DNA from: a virus
DNA: 64,000 nucleotides
IMG/VR virus record: IMGVR_UViG_3300032018_000001
Span: 32,001-96,000 of that record
Reading direction: 5' to 3' (one strand)
Part shown: positions 1 through 8,732 of the stretch, piece by piece
Layout of the letters: every line of letters begins with the position of its first letter
Position numbering within the stretch: position 1 is the first letter of the stretch
Notes under the pieces: generated by a model
What the model was told of the DNA's origin: nothing
What the model saw: only the letters and a program-made list of their open reading frames with translations
Database searches by the model: none
Translations under genes and position numbers: made by a program

Positions 1-175
1 GGCAGTTTAAGCGTGGTATGTCTTGGCATAATCACGGAAAGTGGCATTTAGACCACATTAAGCCCTGTGTTTCTTTTGACTTGACTAAGCTATCAGAGCA
101 AAGAAAGTGTTTTCACTACTCTAATTACCAACCTTTGTGGGCCAAAGATAATCTTATTAAAAATAAAAGGTCAGC

Positions 176-760
176 ATGAGCTTAAAAGTGTTATATTTTG
201 ATATTGAAACTACCGGGCTGGAAGCCAAGGAGCATGACATCATTCACCTTGCCATGATTGCTGAGGTGAACGGTAAGGTAGTAGGCGAGCACGAGTTCCG
301 CATGCGCCCTACACGCTTCGACAATATCAACCCTGAGGCCCTGGCAGCGAATGGATTCACAGTAGAGGAGCTTAAGGTGCTCCCACCGCAGGAAGAAGTT
401 TTCCCGGAGATAATAGCCACGCTGGACAGGTACATTGACAAATACAACAAAGCGGATAAATTCACACCGGCCGGTTACAACATTCGGTTTGACGAAGCTT
501 TCCTCAGTGAGCTGTTCAAGAGAAACAAAAACGATTACATAGGCAGCTACCTGAATTGGCACGACTTGGATTTGCTTTACGTTATGTTCCTATACGAATT
601 TTTAGGTCATCACAAGCTTCCGAATTACAAACTGGAAACGGTAGCGGCGTACTACGGCGTTAAGCACGCTCCGCATGATGCTTTAAGCGATGTTAGGGCC
701 GTGCGCGAGCTGGTACACAAATTTCTGTTTCAGTCTGTAAATTGGACGCTGCATAAATGA
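176..760 (+). CDS. DEDDh 3'-5' exonuclease (DnaQ/DNA Pol III epsilon-like)
   Basis: ExoI 'YFDIETTGL', ExoII 'GYNIRFD', ExoIII 'HDALSDV'. Confidence 0.9.
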   Translation: MSLKVLYFDIETTGLEAKEHDIIHLAMIAEVNGKVVGEHEFRMRPTRFDNINPEALAANGFTVEELKVLPPQEEVFPEIIATLDRYIDKYNKADKFTPAGYNIRFDEAFLSELFKRNKNDYIGSYLNWHDLDLLYVMFLYEFLGHHKLPNYKLETVAAYYGVKHAPHDALSDVRAVRELVHKFLFQSVNWTLHK

Positions 761-1191
761 TAAGAATATCCTACACTATTTTTAGTTTTGATGCACTATT
801 TGAAGGCCCGAAAAGAACACCTTCAGAGTGGGTTATTTCTTTGATGAGAAAGCTTCAGTTTCATCAACACATAGTAGTAGCATCTTGGCACAAAGAACGC
901 TGTAGGGCGGATATGATTGGAGTGTTGAGAGATTTGGCAGGAAGGCCGAGTAAGGTTCCGCTTTTGATTTTGGAGCCGGAAGAAGACAATACAGACCCTC
1001 GTTTTTGGTTGTTGAATTCTATTCGCAGGTGTATACTTCATTTTAAACAGAATCCTGAACTTGTCATAGTGGAAAATAGTTTTATGGATAGCAGGCTGGG
1101 AGCTGGGTCTATTGTAAGTGAAATAGGAATGCTACTTTACAAAGAAGAGCTTCAGCAGTTCAACATATTGCAGGTTTTTAACAAGTTGTAG
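757..1191 (+). CDS. hypothetical protein, possibly degenerate HAD/PNKP-phosphatase-like fold
   Basis: ATGA overlap with the upstream gene; 'IFSFDALF' sits where DxD normally lies; weak resemblance only. Confidence 0.35.
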   Translation: MIRISYTIFSFDALFEGPKRTPSEWVISLMRKLQFHQHIVVASWHKERCRADMIGVLRDLAGRPSKVPLLILEPEEDNTDPRFWLLNSIRRCILHFKQNPELVIVENSFMDSRLGAGSIVSEIGMLLYKEELQQFNILQVFNKL

Positions 1192-1263
1192 CTTTTTTAG
1201 AAAAAGTAAGCTATTTTTAATTATTGATTGAGTACCGATTCACTTTAATCGGAAATTTACAGT

Positions 1264-1851
1264 ATGCGTCCAGGTGGAGGCAAACGAAAAGGTTCTGCTT
1301 TTGAGAGGGATGTTTGTCGTATAATTTCTCAGTTTTGGTCTAACAATTCTTACAGTGACCTATGCTGGCGTTCCGCAAGCTCCGGTGTCAGAGGTACTTC
1401 TACAAACTCACACTCACGCAGTAAAGTTAAAGGGTACTACGGAGACCTCACGGCCACGAGCCCCCTCATCGAACCGCTCTTTCAGGTTTTCAGTATTGAA
1501 TGTAAATTTTACGCTAAAATAGACCTCACAGAAATTCTCCGCGGAATAAAAAATAATAAGCTGCTGGAGTTTTGGACACAGGCCTACCGGGATGCAAGGC
1601 ATTCCGGGCGCACACCGGTACTTATTACCAAGCAGAATTTTCTCGGAACACTGATGATTATCAGGCTGGCAGATGCCAATAAGCTTTTGCATACTATGGA
1701 TAAGCCGGTTAAGTACATGACCATAGGACAGGAGCTGGCCATTTTTAACCTGGACGATTTTTTGAAAAATGTAAACAGGGAACGATTCATAAGAACAGTA
1801 AAAATACTGGCAGAGGAGAGCATAAATGCTGAAACTGAAAGCGCTGCTTGA
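1264..1851 (+). CDS. Holliday junction resolvase (PD-(D/E)XK)
   Basis: 'GKRKGSAFERDV', 'GDL', 'SIECK', 'FWTQA..DA', 'P.LI.KQN'. Confidence 0.8.
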   Translation: MRPGGGKRKGSAFERDVCRIISQFWSNNSYSDLCWRSASSGVRGTSTNSHSRSKVKGYYGDLTATSPLIEPLFQVFSIECKFYAKIDLTEILRGIKNNKLLEFWTQAYRDARHSGRTPVLITKQNFLGTLMIIRLADANKLLHTMDKPVKYMTIGQELAIFNLDDFLKNVNRERFIRTVKILAEESINAETESAA

Positions 1852-2086
1852 AGTTACGGAAGCACAATTGGGCGAGCTGGGGCCGATGAAGCGCCGGGAC
1901 ATCATCGACTACCTGAAGGATAAAGGCTTCGCTGGCCCTTTTGCCGGGGCAAAACATGCTTATATGGCCTGGAAGAACGGGAAAAAGATTACAGTGCCTA
2001 ATCCTCATGGTGGAGAAGAGTACAGCCGCGGGCTCGTTAATCAGATTTTCAAGCAGGCGGATTTTGCAATGGCCGGGGTGGCCTGA
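1826..2086 (+). CDS. hicA: HicA-family mRNA interferase-like protein with N-terminal extension
   Basis: 'KRRDIIDYLKDKGFAGPFAGAKHAYM...ITVPNPHGGE..RGLVNQIFKQA' is the HicA dsRBD-like pattern with the conserved His. Confidence 0.75.
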   Translation: MLKLKALLEVTEAQLGELGPMKRRDIIDYLKDKGFAGPFAGAKHAYMAWKNGKKITVPNPHGGEEYSRGLVNQIFKQADFAMAGVA

Positions 2087-2745
2087 TGAAAAACCAATGT
2101 AATGATGACGGATTCTCCTACTTAGAAACCCCCGCAATGTACCTATTCGCCCGGCCGCGGACAAGAAACAACGTGCGCGACATCATCAAAATGATTCATC
2201 CCATTCTGGATTATTACATCAAGTACTACCTTTACAAATACAGAATATACGACAACCACCCTGAGCATCTGGACTACTACGGAGATACTTACGTGTTTTG
2301 CTGCGAGCTGCTATACAACGTGCAGCATACCGGTAACAATTTCAACCGGATAAAGCGGTATATCAATAAGTCAATCAGCGGATGGCTTTACAATAAGGTC
2401 TACAAGAAAAAGAAAAAGTGCATAGAGCTAACCAAGGATGAGCTCGCCGTGGCCCTCCAGGTGGATTACCGGGATGATTTTGCTGAGGTGGAGTATCACC
2501 ATGACCTGCGGCAGCTGAAGCAGACCTTGGCAACGGAGCTGGACTTCTATTTTGAGCTGTTCAGCACCGTGTACGGCAATATTGTATTCAAGCACAAGGA
2601 AGAGTTCAAGAAAAAATACTACGATGCGGCATTCCTCAAGTACCTGAAAACGGGGCAGTTACTACAGGCAATCGACTTCTTTGAAAATAAATACGGGAAC
2701 ATTTTTAATGAAACAAAACGAGAAACAGCAGCATGTGGTGTCTGA
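2086..2745 (+). CDS. hypothetical protein, possibly divergent sigma-factor region-2-like
   Basis: helical Tyr-rich N-half ending 'RYINKSISGWLYN'; resemblance only. Confidence 0.3.
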   Translation: MKNQCNDDGFSYLETPAMYLFARPRTRNNVRDIIKMIHPILDYYIKYYLYKYRIYDNHPEHLDYYGDTYVFCCELLYNVQHTGNNFNRIKRYINKSISGWLYNKVYKKKKKCIELTKDELAVALQVDYRDDFAEVEYHHDLRQLKQTLATELDFYFELFSTVYGNIVFKHKEEFKKKYYDAAFLKYLKTGQLLQAIDFFENKYGNIFNETKRETAACGV

Positions 2746-3151
2746 GCTTGACTTGCTGGTTTACATTTTGGCCATAGAAAAGAAGTACTATGACCTGTTT
2801 GAAATGTACGGCATGTTTTACGATTTCAAGAAGTGCAGCCATTGTGGCCACGACAACCAAATTCAGTTCAAGCTTACCAACGAAATCATTCGCACTTTCG
2901 GTGAGCACGGAATGATAAAAATTCCGCAGGACAAGGAGCTGAAGCAGGTGTCCCGCGACATCACAATCTGGAAGGGCCTGATGCGCTGTGAGGATACGTC
3001 CCTGTCTGTAAGGGTGGAAGAGTATGCTGCGCGGTACAAAGTGAGCCAAGACACCATTTATAAAATCAGGCATAGGGTACAAGCAATGGTAGATAAGTTT
3101 GTCGCAATGAAAAAGATATTCAGACGGAGGAAGCGTGAGCCGAATTCCTAA
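2708..3151 (+). CDS. Mor/C-type HTH transcription activator-like protein
   Basis: 'IKIPQDKELKQVSRDITIW...EEYAARYKVSQDTIYKIR' fits the Mor-family layout; ATG at 2708 chosen as start. Confidence 0.55.
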   Translation: MKQNEKQQHVVSELDLLVYILAIEKKYYDLFEMYGMFYDFKKCSHCGHDNQIQFKLTNEIIRTFGEHGMIKIPQDKELKQVSRDITIWKGLMRCEDTSLSVRVEEYAARYKVSQDTIYKIRHRVQAMVDKFVAMKKIFRRRKREPNS

Positions 3152-3638
3152 CAACTACGATGTCTCAGTAGACCCGGAGCCTACGTCATTGTCCGTTGTG
3201 GATGACCACGAATTTTCTGAATTTGTCGCGGGTCAGACAGAGCAGCTTTCGCCGTCCATGAAGAAGAAGGTCAAGCTGGCCATGAAGGATTCCTCTGCCA
3301 AGCTGAACATCTTTTTCATGGCTATAGCCCAGAAGAACGCTCACCGGCTGGCGCGAGTCATGGGAGCCTTGGATAATGTGGATAAGGAGCTGCTGCAGAA
3401 TTGGCGAATAAAGACCATGAATACAGAAGAGCTCCTTGACTTGTTCTCAGAGCTGAACGTGGAAAAGCACCGGACTACTAAGGGCCTGCTGGAAATGGCA
3501 AATAAATTTGAAGGTAATCTTCCCAGCATGAATCAGTTTCTCGATGATGACCAAGAAATAGAAATCAGAGAAATGCCCAAAGCCTCCAAGAAAAGGGTCG
3601 TTGACTTCTTCAAGCAAAAGATAGCTGTAGCCACGTAA
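3135..3638 (+). CDS. hypothetical helical protein
   Basis: GGAGG RBS before the GTG start; 167-aa ORF. Confidence 0.6.
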   Translation: MSRIPNNYDVSVDPEPTSLSVVDDHEFSEFVAGQTEQLSPSMKKKVKLAMKDSSAKLNIFFMAIAQKNAHRLARVMGALDNVDKELLQNWRIKTMNTEELLDLFSELNVEKHRTTKGLLEMANKFEGNLPSMNQFLDDDQEIEIREMPKASKKRVVDFFKQKIAVAT

Positions 3639-3660
3639 CACCTTACTTTTCCTTTTTTGC

Positions 3661-3672
3661 CGTATTAATATA
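3661..3672 (+). promoter_or_regulatory. phage-specific promoter motif YCGTATTAATRT (copy 1 of 8; others at 5462, 9800, 18903, 19382, 39642, 41107, 51664)
   Basis: identical CGTATTAAT core, almost always intergenic, usually after a terminator or stop codon and about 10-60 nt before a start. Confidence 0.75.
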
Positions 3673-3712
3673 GTACAGGATACTTTGTTACAACTTATAG
3701 GGGGTACTATTT

Positions 3713-4249
3713 ATGCTTAGGATTACACTCGCAGAAGCTGCGGAATTTCTTGGATACGATACGCCGTGGGTTTATAATACGCTGCCCAAAGTAGGCTACG
3801 GTGGAACGAAGGTCTTCCTGGGGATAACGGAGATGACCGCACTATTTTCTTTCTCTTTCATGGCCAAGAGTTACGAGCTTTATCCATACAATTTCATTGT
3901 CAATAAAAAATTCTTATCCCTGGTGGCAAAGAACACAGTAGCGGAGATGAGCGACTATGCGCATACACAGGAAGACCTGCATGACATTGTTTTCGCTCTC
4001 AAGGTTGTTAAGACTAACATCCGGGTGTTCAATCTCATGTCCTACGTTTACCGGAAGGTGGATTCCTCCTGCGGAGACTGGAGAAAGACGTTCAAGGAGG
4101 ATGTTTTCTCCCGCATGGCCAAGCTCTTTGTCCAGAAGAAAATTACCTATCTGGAGTTCAACCCGGACGGTCTTTTCATGAAGAACAAAGAGCTGGAAGC
4201 GGAGATAATCACCGGTCTACAACAAGAGCTTGTGGGTAAGAATACATAA
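3713..4249 (+). CDS. hypothetical protein
   Basis: ORF downstream of a CGTATTAAT motif, with RBS. Confidence 0.6.
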   Translation: MLRITLAEAAEFLGYDTPWVYNTLPKVGYGGTKVFLGITEMTALFSFSFMAKSYELYPYNFIVNKKFLSLVAKNTVAEMSDYAHTQEDLHDIVFALKVVKTNIRVFNLMSYVYRKVDSSCGDWRKTFKEDVFSRMAKLFVQKKITYLEFNPDGLFMKNKELEAEIITGLQQELVGKNT

Positions 4250-4290
4250 GCAACTAGGTAATGTGATAGATTAATTTTCAAATTTTTTAC

Positions 4291-4320
4291 TTGACTTCCG
4301 TACTCCCTATGACTTATATT
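4291..4320 (+). promoter_or_regulatory. sigma70-type promoter TTGACT-N18-TATATT
   Basis: -35/-10 match; near-identical context (CTTGACTT...CTTATATTACTACTAA) at 47090-47119. Confidence 0.6.
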
Positions 4321-4360
4321 ACTACTAATAAATTTATAGGTAATTTTTCAGGAGGTAAAG

Positions 4361-4960
4361 ATGGTGGCAGAGTCAAGAGCTTCCAGGATTGCTGTGCAGA
4401 GACAACCAAACGAAGACCCGTGGGCTTTTATTTGGAAAAACTTTTACGGTTTGGCAGTGTACTACTCCTTAATCTATGCCCGGAAGACAAAACACTGGGA
4501 GCTTAAGGACGATTTCAGAAACGAAATGCTTTACGCGATGGTCGATGCTTACACAAAATACCGTGACCGGCCGCTGAGCGAGCAGGTCAAAATCTTCAAG
4601 ACAATCCCTTTCAACTACTACTCCTCACGCCTTGACCGAAAATGGATGACACTGGAGCATGTGCCCATTGAGAACAAGGCCATTGTGGAAGATGAGGACA
4701 GGTTCAGGAGCCTGTACGATGCTTACTATGAAGAATTCCTGGATACTCATTACCGGCTGAACGTGGATGAAGACACGGATGAGAAGATGGTGCTAATGCA
4801 GATTCTTTATCCGTCAAAGGAGTTTCAGGACTTCATTGAGGGCGAGAAAGACCGGCATCAGATGACCAAAGCTATGCTCAGGAAATTTTTCTGCCAGAAA
4901 TACAAATGGAGTAGCAAGTACTTTGATGAGGTATTCGCCAATGTCAAAATCGCCGCTTAA
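4361..4960 (+). CDS. putative divergent RNA polymerase sigma factor
   Basis: 'ELKDDFRNEMLYAMVDAYTKY...KIFKTIPFNYY' resembles sigma70 region 2.2-2.4; C-terminal HTH-like segment; strong AGGAGG RBS. Confidence 0.45.
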   Translation: MVAESRASRIAVQRQPNEDPWAFIWKNFYGLAVYYSLIYARKTKHWELKDDFRNEMLYAMVDAYTKYRDRPLSEQVKIFKTIPFNYYSSRLDRKWMTLEHVPIENKAIVEDEDRFRSLYDAYYEEFLDTHYRLNVDEDTDEKMVLMQILYPSKEFQDFIEGEKDRHQMTKAMLRKFFCQKYKWSSKYFDEVFANVKIAA

Positions 4961-5126
4961 AAAATGCCGCTTTGAGGGCTGCAAGAAGAAAGAATCTGAT
5001 GCTTTTGATTTGCGTGTGGAGGGTAAGCATATCCCTCTTTGCGAAGAACACGGGGAGTACACCATGCAGAAGATGCTGCTGGATAATCCTAGCGCAGTTG
5101 TTTCAACAAAAGTAGTGCATTAAACC

Positions 5127-5231
5127 GGGGAGATGGTGAAACTGGCAGACACACTGTACGGGTCGCAACCGTTGGCGCGTGATGACGCAACACAGAACAT
5201 CACATTGAAGGTTCGACTCCTTCTCTCCCCA
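5127..5231 (+). ncRNA. tRNA-like RNA with Leu-type D arm and an aberrant branched anticodon domain
   Basis: acceptor GGGGAGA/TCTCCCC+A; D arm GTG-AAACTGGCAGA-CAC; T arm GAAGG-TTCGACT-CCTTC; 105 nt long. Confidence 0.7.
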
Positions 5232-5517
5232 GCTTAATGCACGGTCAATAATGAAAAATATAAAACTTAATTACTCTGCTATTATCAGCTTTTCAAATAA
5301 AGGCCCGCAGGGTGAGCCGGTCAATATTAACAAGCCCGGTGCTGCATATTTGAAGAAGGCAAAAGCCTGGGCCAAGAAAAATAAGCGGACGTTCCGCGAT
5401 AATTTTGCATTGGTTTTGGCCTATACTTTTGAGACATAGCATGCTAATAAAGGTTTTTGTTCGTATTAATGTGTTATAGGTATAGCATACTAAGGTAAAC
5501 TTTAAGGGAGGGTACTA

Positions 5518-6222
5518 ATGGATAAGAAGCTGCTGCTGCCTGAGATTGAAAAGATTAAAATTAGACATCCACGAGCCGCGGATTTCATGGCGAAGATTTC
5601 CCGGCATGATGACTGCTTCGCTTTGAACAATGACCCGAAAAGCGAAGACTGCCTGCGTTGCATTCTCCGGGTGGAGTATGACGGCCAGGAAATGAGCATG
5701 TCTGAGTGCTGCAAAAAATTCATGAAGATGTCCGTAACCGAAAAACCAAAAGGAGAACCTGTGGCCGAAAAGAAAGAAGAAAAAGCCAAAGATGCGCCTG
5801 CAGAAAATGCTGCAGCCGCTGAAAAACCTGCGGAGAAAACAGAAGCTGCGCCCAAAGAGGAAAAGAAAGAACAGCCCAAGCCCCCGGCCAAAAAAGCCGC
5901 TGCTCCCAAAGCCGAAAAGAAAGCCCCGGAACCGGCCGCGCCCAAAGCCGAAAAGAAGCCCCCGGCCAAAAAAGCCGCTGCTCCCAGAGCTGAAAAGAAG
6001 GCCCCTGTCAAGAAGGCGGATAAGAACAGCGTGGAAGGTCTGGGCAGCTGTCAGCTCACAATCCTGAACATGGTGAAAAAGAAAAGCATGACGCAGGGTG
6101 ACATTGCCGACAAGCTGAAAATCAAAGGCCCTACGGCCAACATTGCCCTAGGAAAGCTGATGAAAAAAGGATTCATTACCCGCGTCCCTGAAGGGAGAGG
6201 ATTCTTGTACTCTTCCAAATAA
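5518..6222 (+). CDS. histone H1-like Lys/Ala/Pro-rich protein with N-terminal Cys cluster and C-terminal winged HTH
   Basis: PAKKAAAPKAEKK repeats; 'MTQGDIADKLKIKGPTANIALGKLMKKGFITR' is a MarR/TrmB-like wHTH. Confidence 0.7.
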   Translation: MDKKLLLPEIEKIKIRHPRAADFMAKISRHDDCFALNNDPKSEDCLRCILRVEYDGQEMSMSECCKKFMKMSVTEKPKGEPVAEKKEEKAKDAPAENAAAAEKPAEKTEAAPKEEKKEQPKPPAKKAAAPKAEKKAPEPAAPKAEKKPPAKKAAAPRAEKKAPVKKADKNSVEGLGSCQLTILNMVKKKSMTQGDIADKLKIKGPTANIALGKLMKKGFITRVPEGRGFLYSSK

Positions 6223-6251
6223 ATAACCGGCCAGTATTTATCCTAATTGTC

Positions 6252-6282
6252 AAGCCCCAGCCTTAATCGGCTGGGGCTTTTT
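6252..6282 (+). terminator. rho-independent terminator
   Basis: AAGCCCCAGCC/GGCTGGGGCTT hairpin followed by a T run. Confidence 0.85.
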
Positions 6283-6349
6283 GTTATAAGTCATTGATTT
6301 TTATACCTTTATAACTATAAAGAAAAAAGTATATAATCTTACTTTTAAC

Positions 6350-6378
6350 TTGCATTCCTGATTGTATTACATTATATT
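6350..6378 (+). promoter_or_regulatory. repeated early promoter TTGCAT-TCCTGATTG..-TATATT (copies at 7103, 8048, 8672, 52864)
   Basis: -35 TTGCAW, 17-nt spacer with conserved TCCTGATTG, -10 TAT(A/C)TT, AT-rich UP region. Confidence 0.8.
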
Positions 6379-6397
6379 TAATACTGGAGGGGGAGCT

Positions 6398-6850
6398 ATG
6401 AAAAAGATTTCGGTTCCCAGAAACATGAGAAGCAGCGAGCGGCTGCTGAGCTTTTTGCCTTGGTGCAAGGAGTGGGAGCTGAGCGGGTATCTTGGTAAGA
6501 GCGGAATTCTTTATGAGGTGGGCGGGAAGCGCGAGAGTCGCGCTTTCAACAAAGAGGTTGTGTTTCACTCTCACCCTAAGAGCAAAAACGCCAATGTTCC
6601 TTCTCCCGCGGATGTCATGAAGTTTGCTTACCTGAGCCGGGCCAAAGTTTCAATCGTGGTTTGCCCGGATTGCTTTGTGGTCATGGCCAAGGGGCCACGT
6701 TTCAATCCTGAAAAATACAACCCGGAGTTTGATGCTGTTTCCCTGATGTGGAATTCCGGTAAGATAGACGGCCGCTGGATTAAAAATTGGAAGCGGGCCG
6801 TGGTTGACCTGGGAATGAAAGTTGACCTTTATGGTCGGGAGAGTGCCTAA
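6398..6850 (+). CDS. JAB/MPN-like metalloprotein
   Basis: 'VFHSHP-x6-VPSPADV' (HxH-x7/8-S-xx-D type). Confidence 0.55.
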   Translation: MKKISVPRNMRSSERLLSFLPWCKEWELSGYLGKSGILYEVGGKRESRAFNKEVVFHSHPKSKNANVPSPADVMKFAYLSRAKVSIVVCPDCFVVMAKGPRFNPEKYNPEFDAVSLMWNSGKIDGRWIKNWKRAVVDLGMKVDLYGRESA

Positions 6851-7293
6851 TGAGTATCACATTTCAAGATTTCATGCGTTTGCAGGTCATGGGTATTGAA
6901 CTATACGCCCAACGCAATAAAAAACCTGCTTCTGTGGTGGCCGGGGAATGGATTCAAAAGTACGCGGTGAGTTTTAGAAATCTCTTTAAAAATTAAAAGG
7001 TAGAGCGTATGAAAAACAGGAAAAAGTGTAACGGCAGGTGCTCAAAGTGTCTCGGATGTGGCAGGGTGTGTTAATAAAAAGATAAATAATCTTACTTTTT
7101 ACTTGCATTCCTGATTGTAATTGATTATCTTATTACTGTGAGAGAGAAAGAACAAATGATGGACTTCTACAAACGGCAATGTGAATACTTCCTGCAGCAT
7201 GCAGCAGGCCTTCAGGATGTTGCCAGAGACTTTATGCTGCGGTGGGCAGAAGAGAGCGCCCTGAAGTATATGGAATTTAAACTTAACTAAGAG

Positions 7294-7605
7294 GTGAGTA
7301 TGATGCTCTTAACGAAAGAAATTCTGGCCAAGCTGCCTCCTATCAAGGGCCAGGAAGTAAAAGGTGAAGACGCAGTGGCTTTTGTCAAATTCTTTACCCC
7401 GGACTCAAACTGGACTTGGTACGCTACGGAATATGACCCGGCTGAGGGCCTGTTCTTCGGGCTGGTGCAGGGGTTTGAAGAGGAGCTGGGTTACTTCTCG
7501 CTGGCGGAGCTGAAAGTGGCGCGGCGCGGGCCTATGGGACTGGCCATTGAGCGCGACAAATGGTACAGTCCTAAACCAATCAAAGAATTAAGGAGGGCGG
7601 CATGA
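7294..7605 (+). CDS. DUF2958-family protein
   Basis: 'VKFFTPDSNWTWYATEYD...FFGLVQGFEEELGYFSLAEL...IERD'. Confidence 0.85.
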   Translation: MSMMLLTKEILAKLPPIKGQEVKGEDAVAFVKFFTPDSNWTWYATEYDPAEGLFFGLVQGFEEELGYFSLAELKVARRGPMGLAIERDKWYSPKPIKELRRAA

Positions 7606-8018
7606 GTGGTATGGTATTTCCTGCTGAATGGAAACTGAGTTTTGAAAAGCCTAATGTCTGGAGTCGAAAAAAGAAATATGTCCGTTTCAATGCTTGGCGC
7701 GGGCAAGAAGAGCCTGTTTACGCCGTAGCAGGGGCCAATGATACGGGCATGAGCAGCGATTCTCCGTGTCCCTCTGATGTATGCAAGGCTGAGCTTGGCA
7801 TGGTTAAGCAGGTGCTGAAGGAAAACAACATCCCAGCGCGTATGGCTACGGGCCAGTCATCCAATGTCTTTTGCTTGTGTCGCTACTTGATTGTTCCGGT
7901 TAATCTGGTGGAAGCTGCCCGTGGTATCCTTAGCTTCTGGTATCAAACTGAAGGAAGATGGAGTACGCGACTACTATACTTGTGCAGTTCTCCGGTTTCT
8001 CTGGTTAAGGCAGCATAA
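7602..8018 (+). CDS. hypothetical early protein
   Basis: ATGA overlap, AGGAGG RBS. Confidence 0.55.
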   Translation: MSGMVFPAEWKLSFEKPNVWSRKKKYVRFNAWRGQEEPVYAVAGANDTGMSSDSPCPSDVCKAELGMVKQVLKENNIPARMATGQSSNVFCLCRYLIVPVNLVEAARGILSFWYQTEGRWSTRLLYLCSSPVSLVKAA

Positions 8019-8732
8019 AGAAAAAGATAAATAATCTTACTTTTCACTTGCATTCCTGATTGTAATTGATTATATTAGTAATGTAGGGAAAGGAGTTAAG
8101 ATGAGCGAGAAAAAGAAACTGAGTCAGAGCTGGTGCCGGTGCAAAGAAGACAAGCTCGCGCTGGGAGAGTTCATTTACAAGGAAGACGGAAAGTGCGAGT
8201 GCGGAATTGAGATGCATCATTACCATTGCGAGTCCTGCGGCGGCGTTCTTCAAATCGGGTAAGGAGAGACTATGAGACTTCACAAAGAAAAAGTCATGAG
8301 TGTCAACGGCATACTGTGCAACGTCATCATGGATAAGGGGCCGGGCCGCGATAGCCTGGACATCATACCTTTTGTTTCACGGAAGATTTGGGAACTGGGC
8401 CTTGGCAATCTGGAGCCTATTTGGAAATCAGCCAGGGAGCTTATGGATGCGCCGTACTGCGCGGAACGAAAACTGGATAATGGAATAGTAATCTACAATT
8501 CATACTTATGTGCAAAGGAGGCTGCATAATGGCAAGTAACGCTGTGGCTGAAAAAGCTGAAAAGTTTGACCTTGTGTTCCTGGGAGCCTATGATTCTGGG
8601 ATTGTACCAGGGAGACGGAATCTGCATGGGTTGCGGTAGGAAAGTATAAAATAAGTATTTTCACTTTTTACTTGCAATCCTGATTGAATAGAATTATATT
8701 ACTGGTAAGCAATAAAACTTAAGGAGGGTAAG

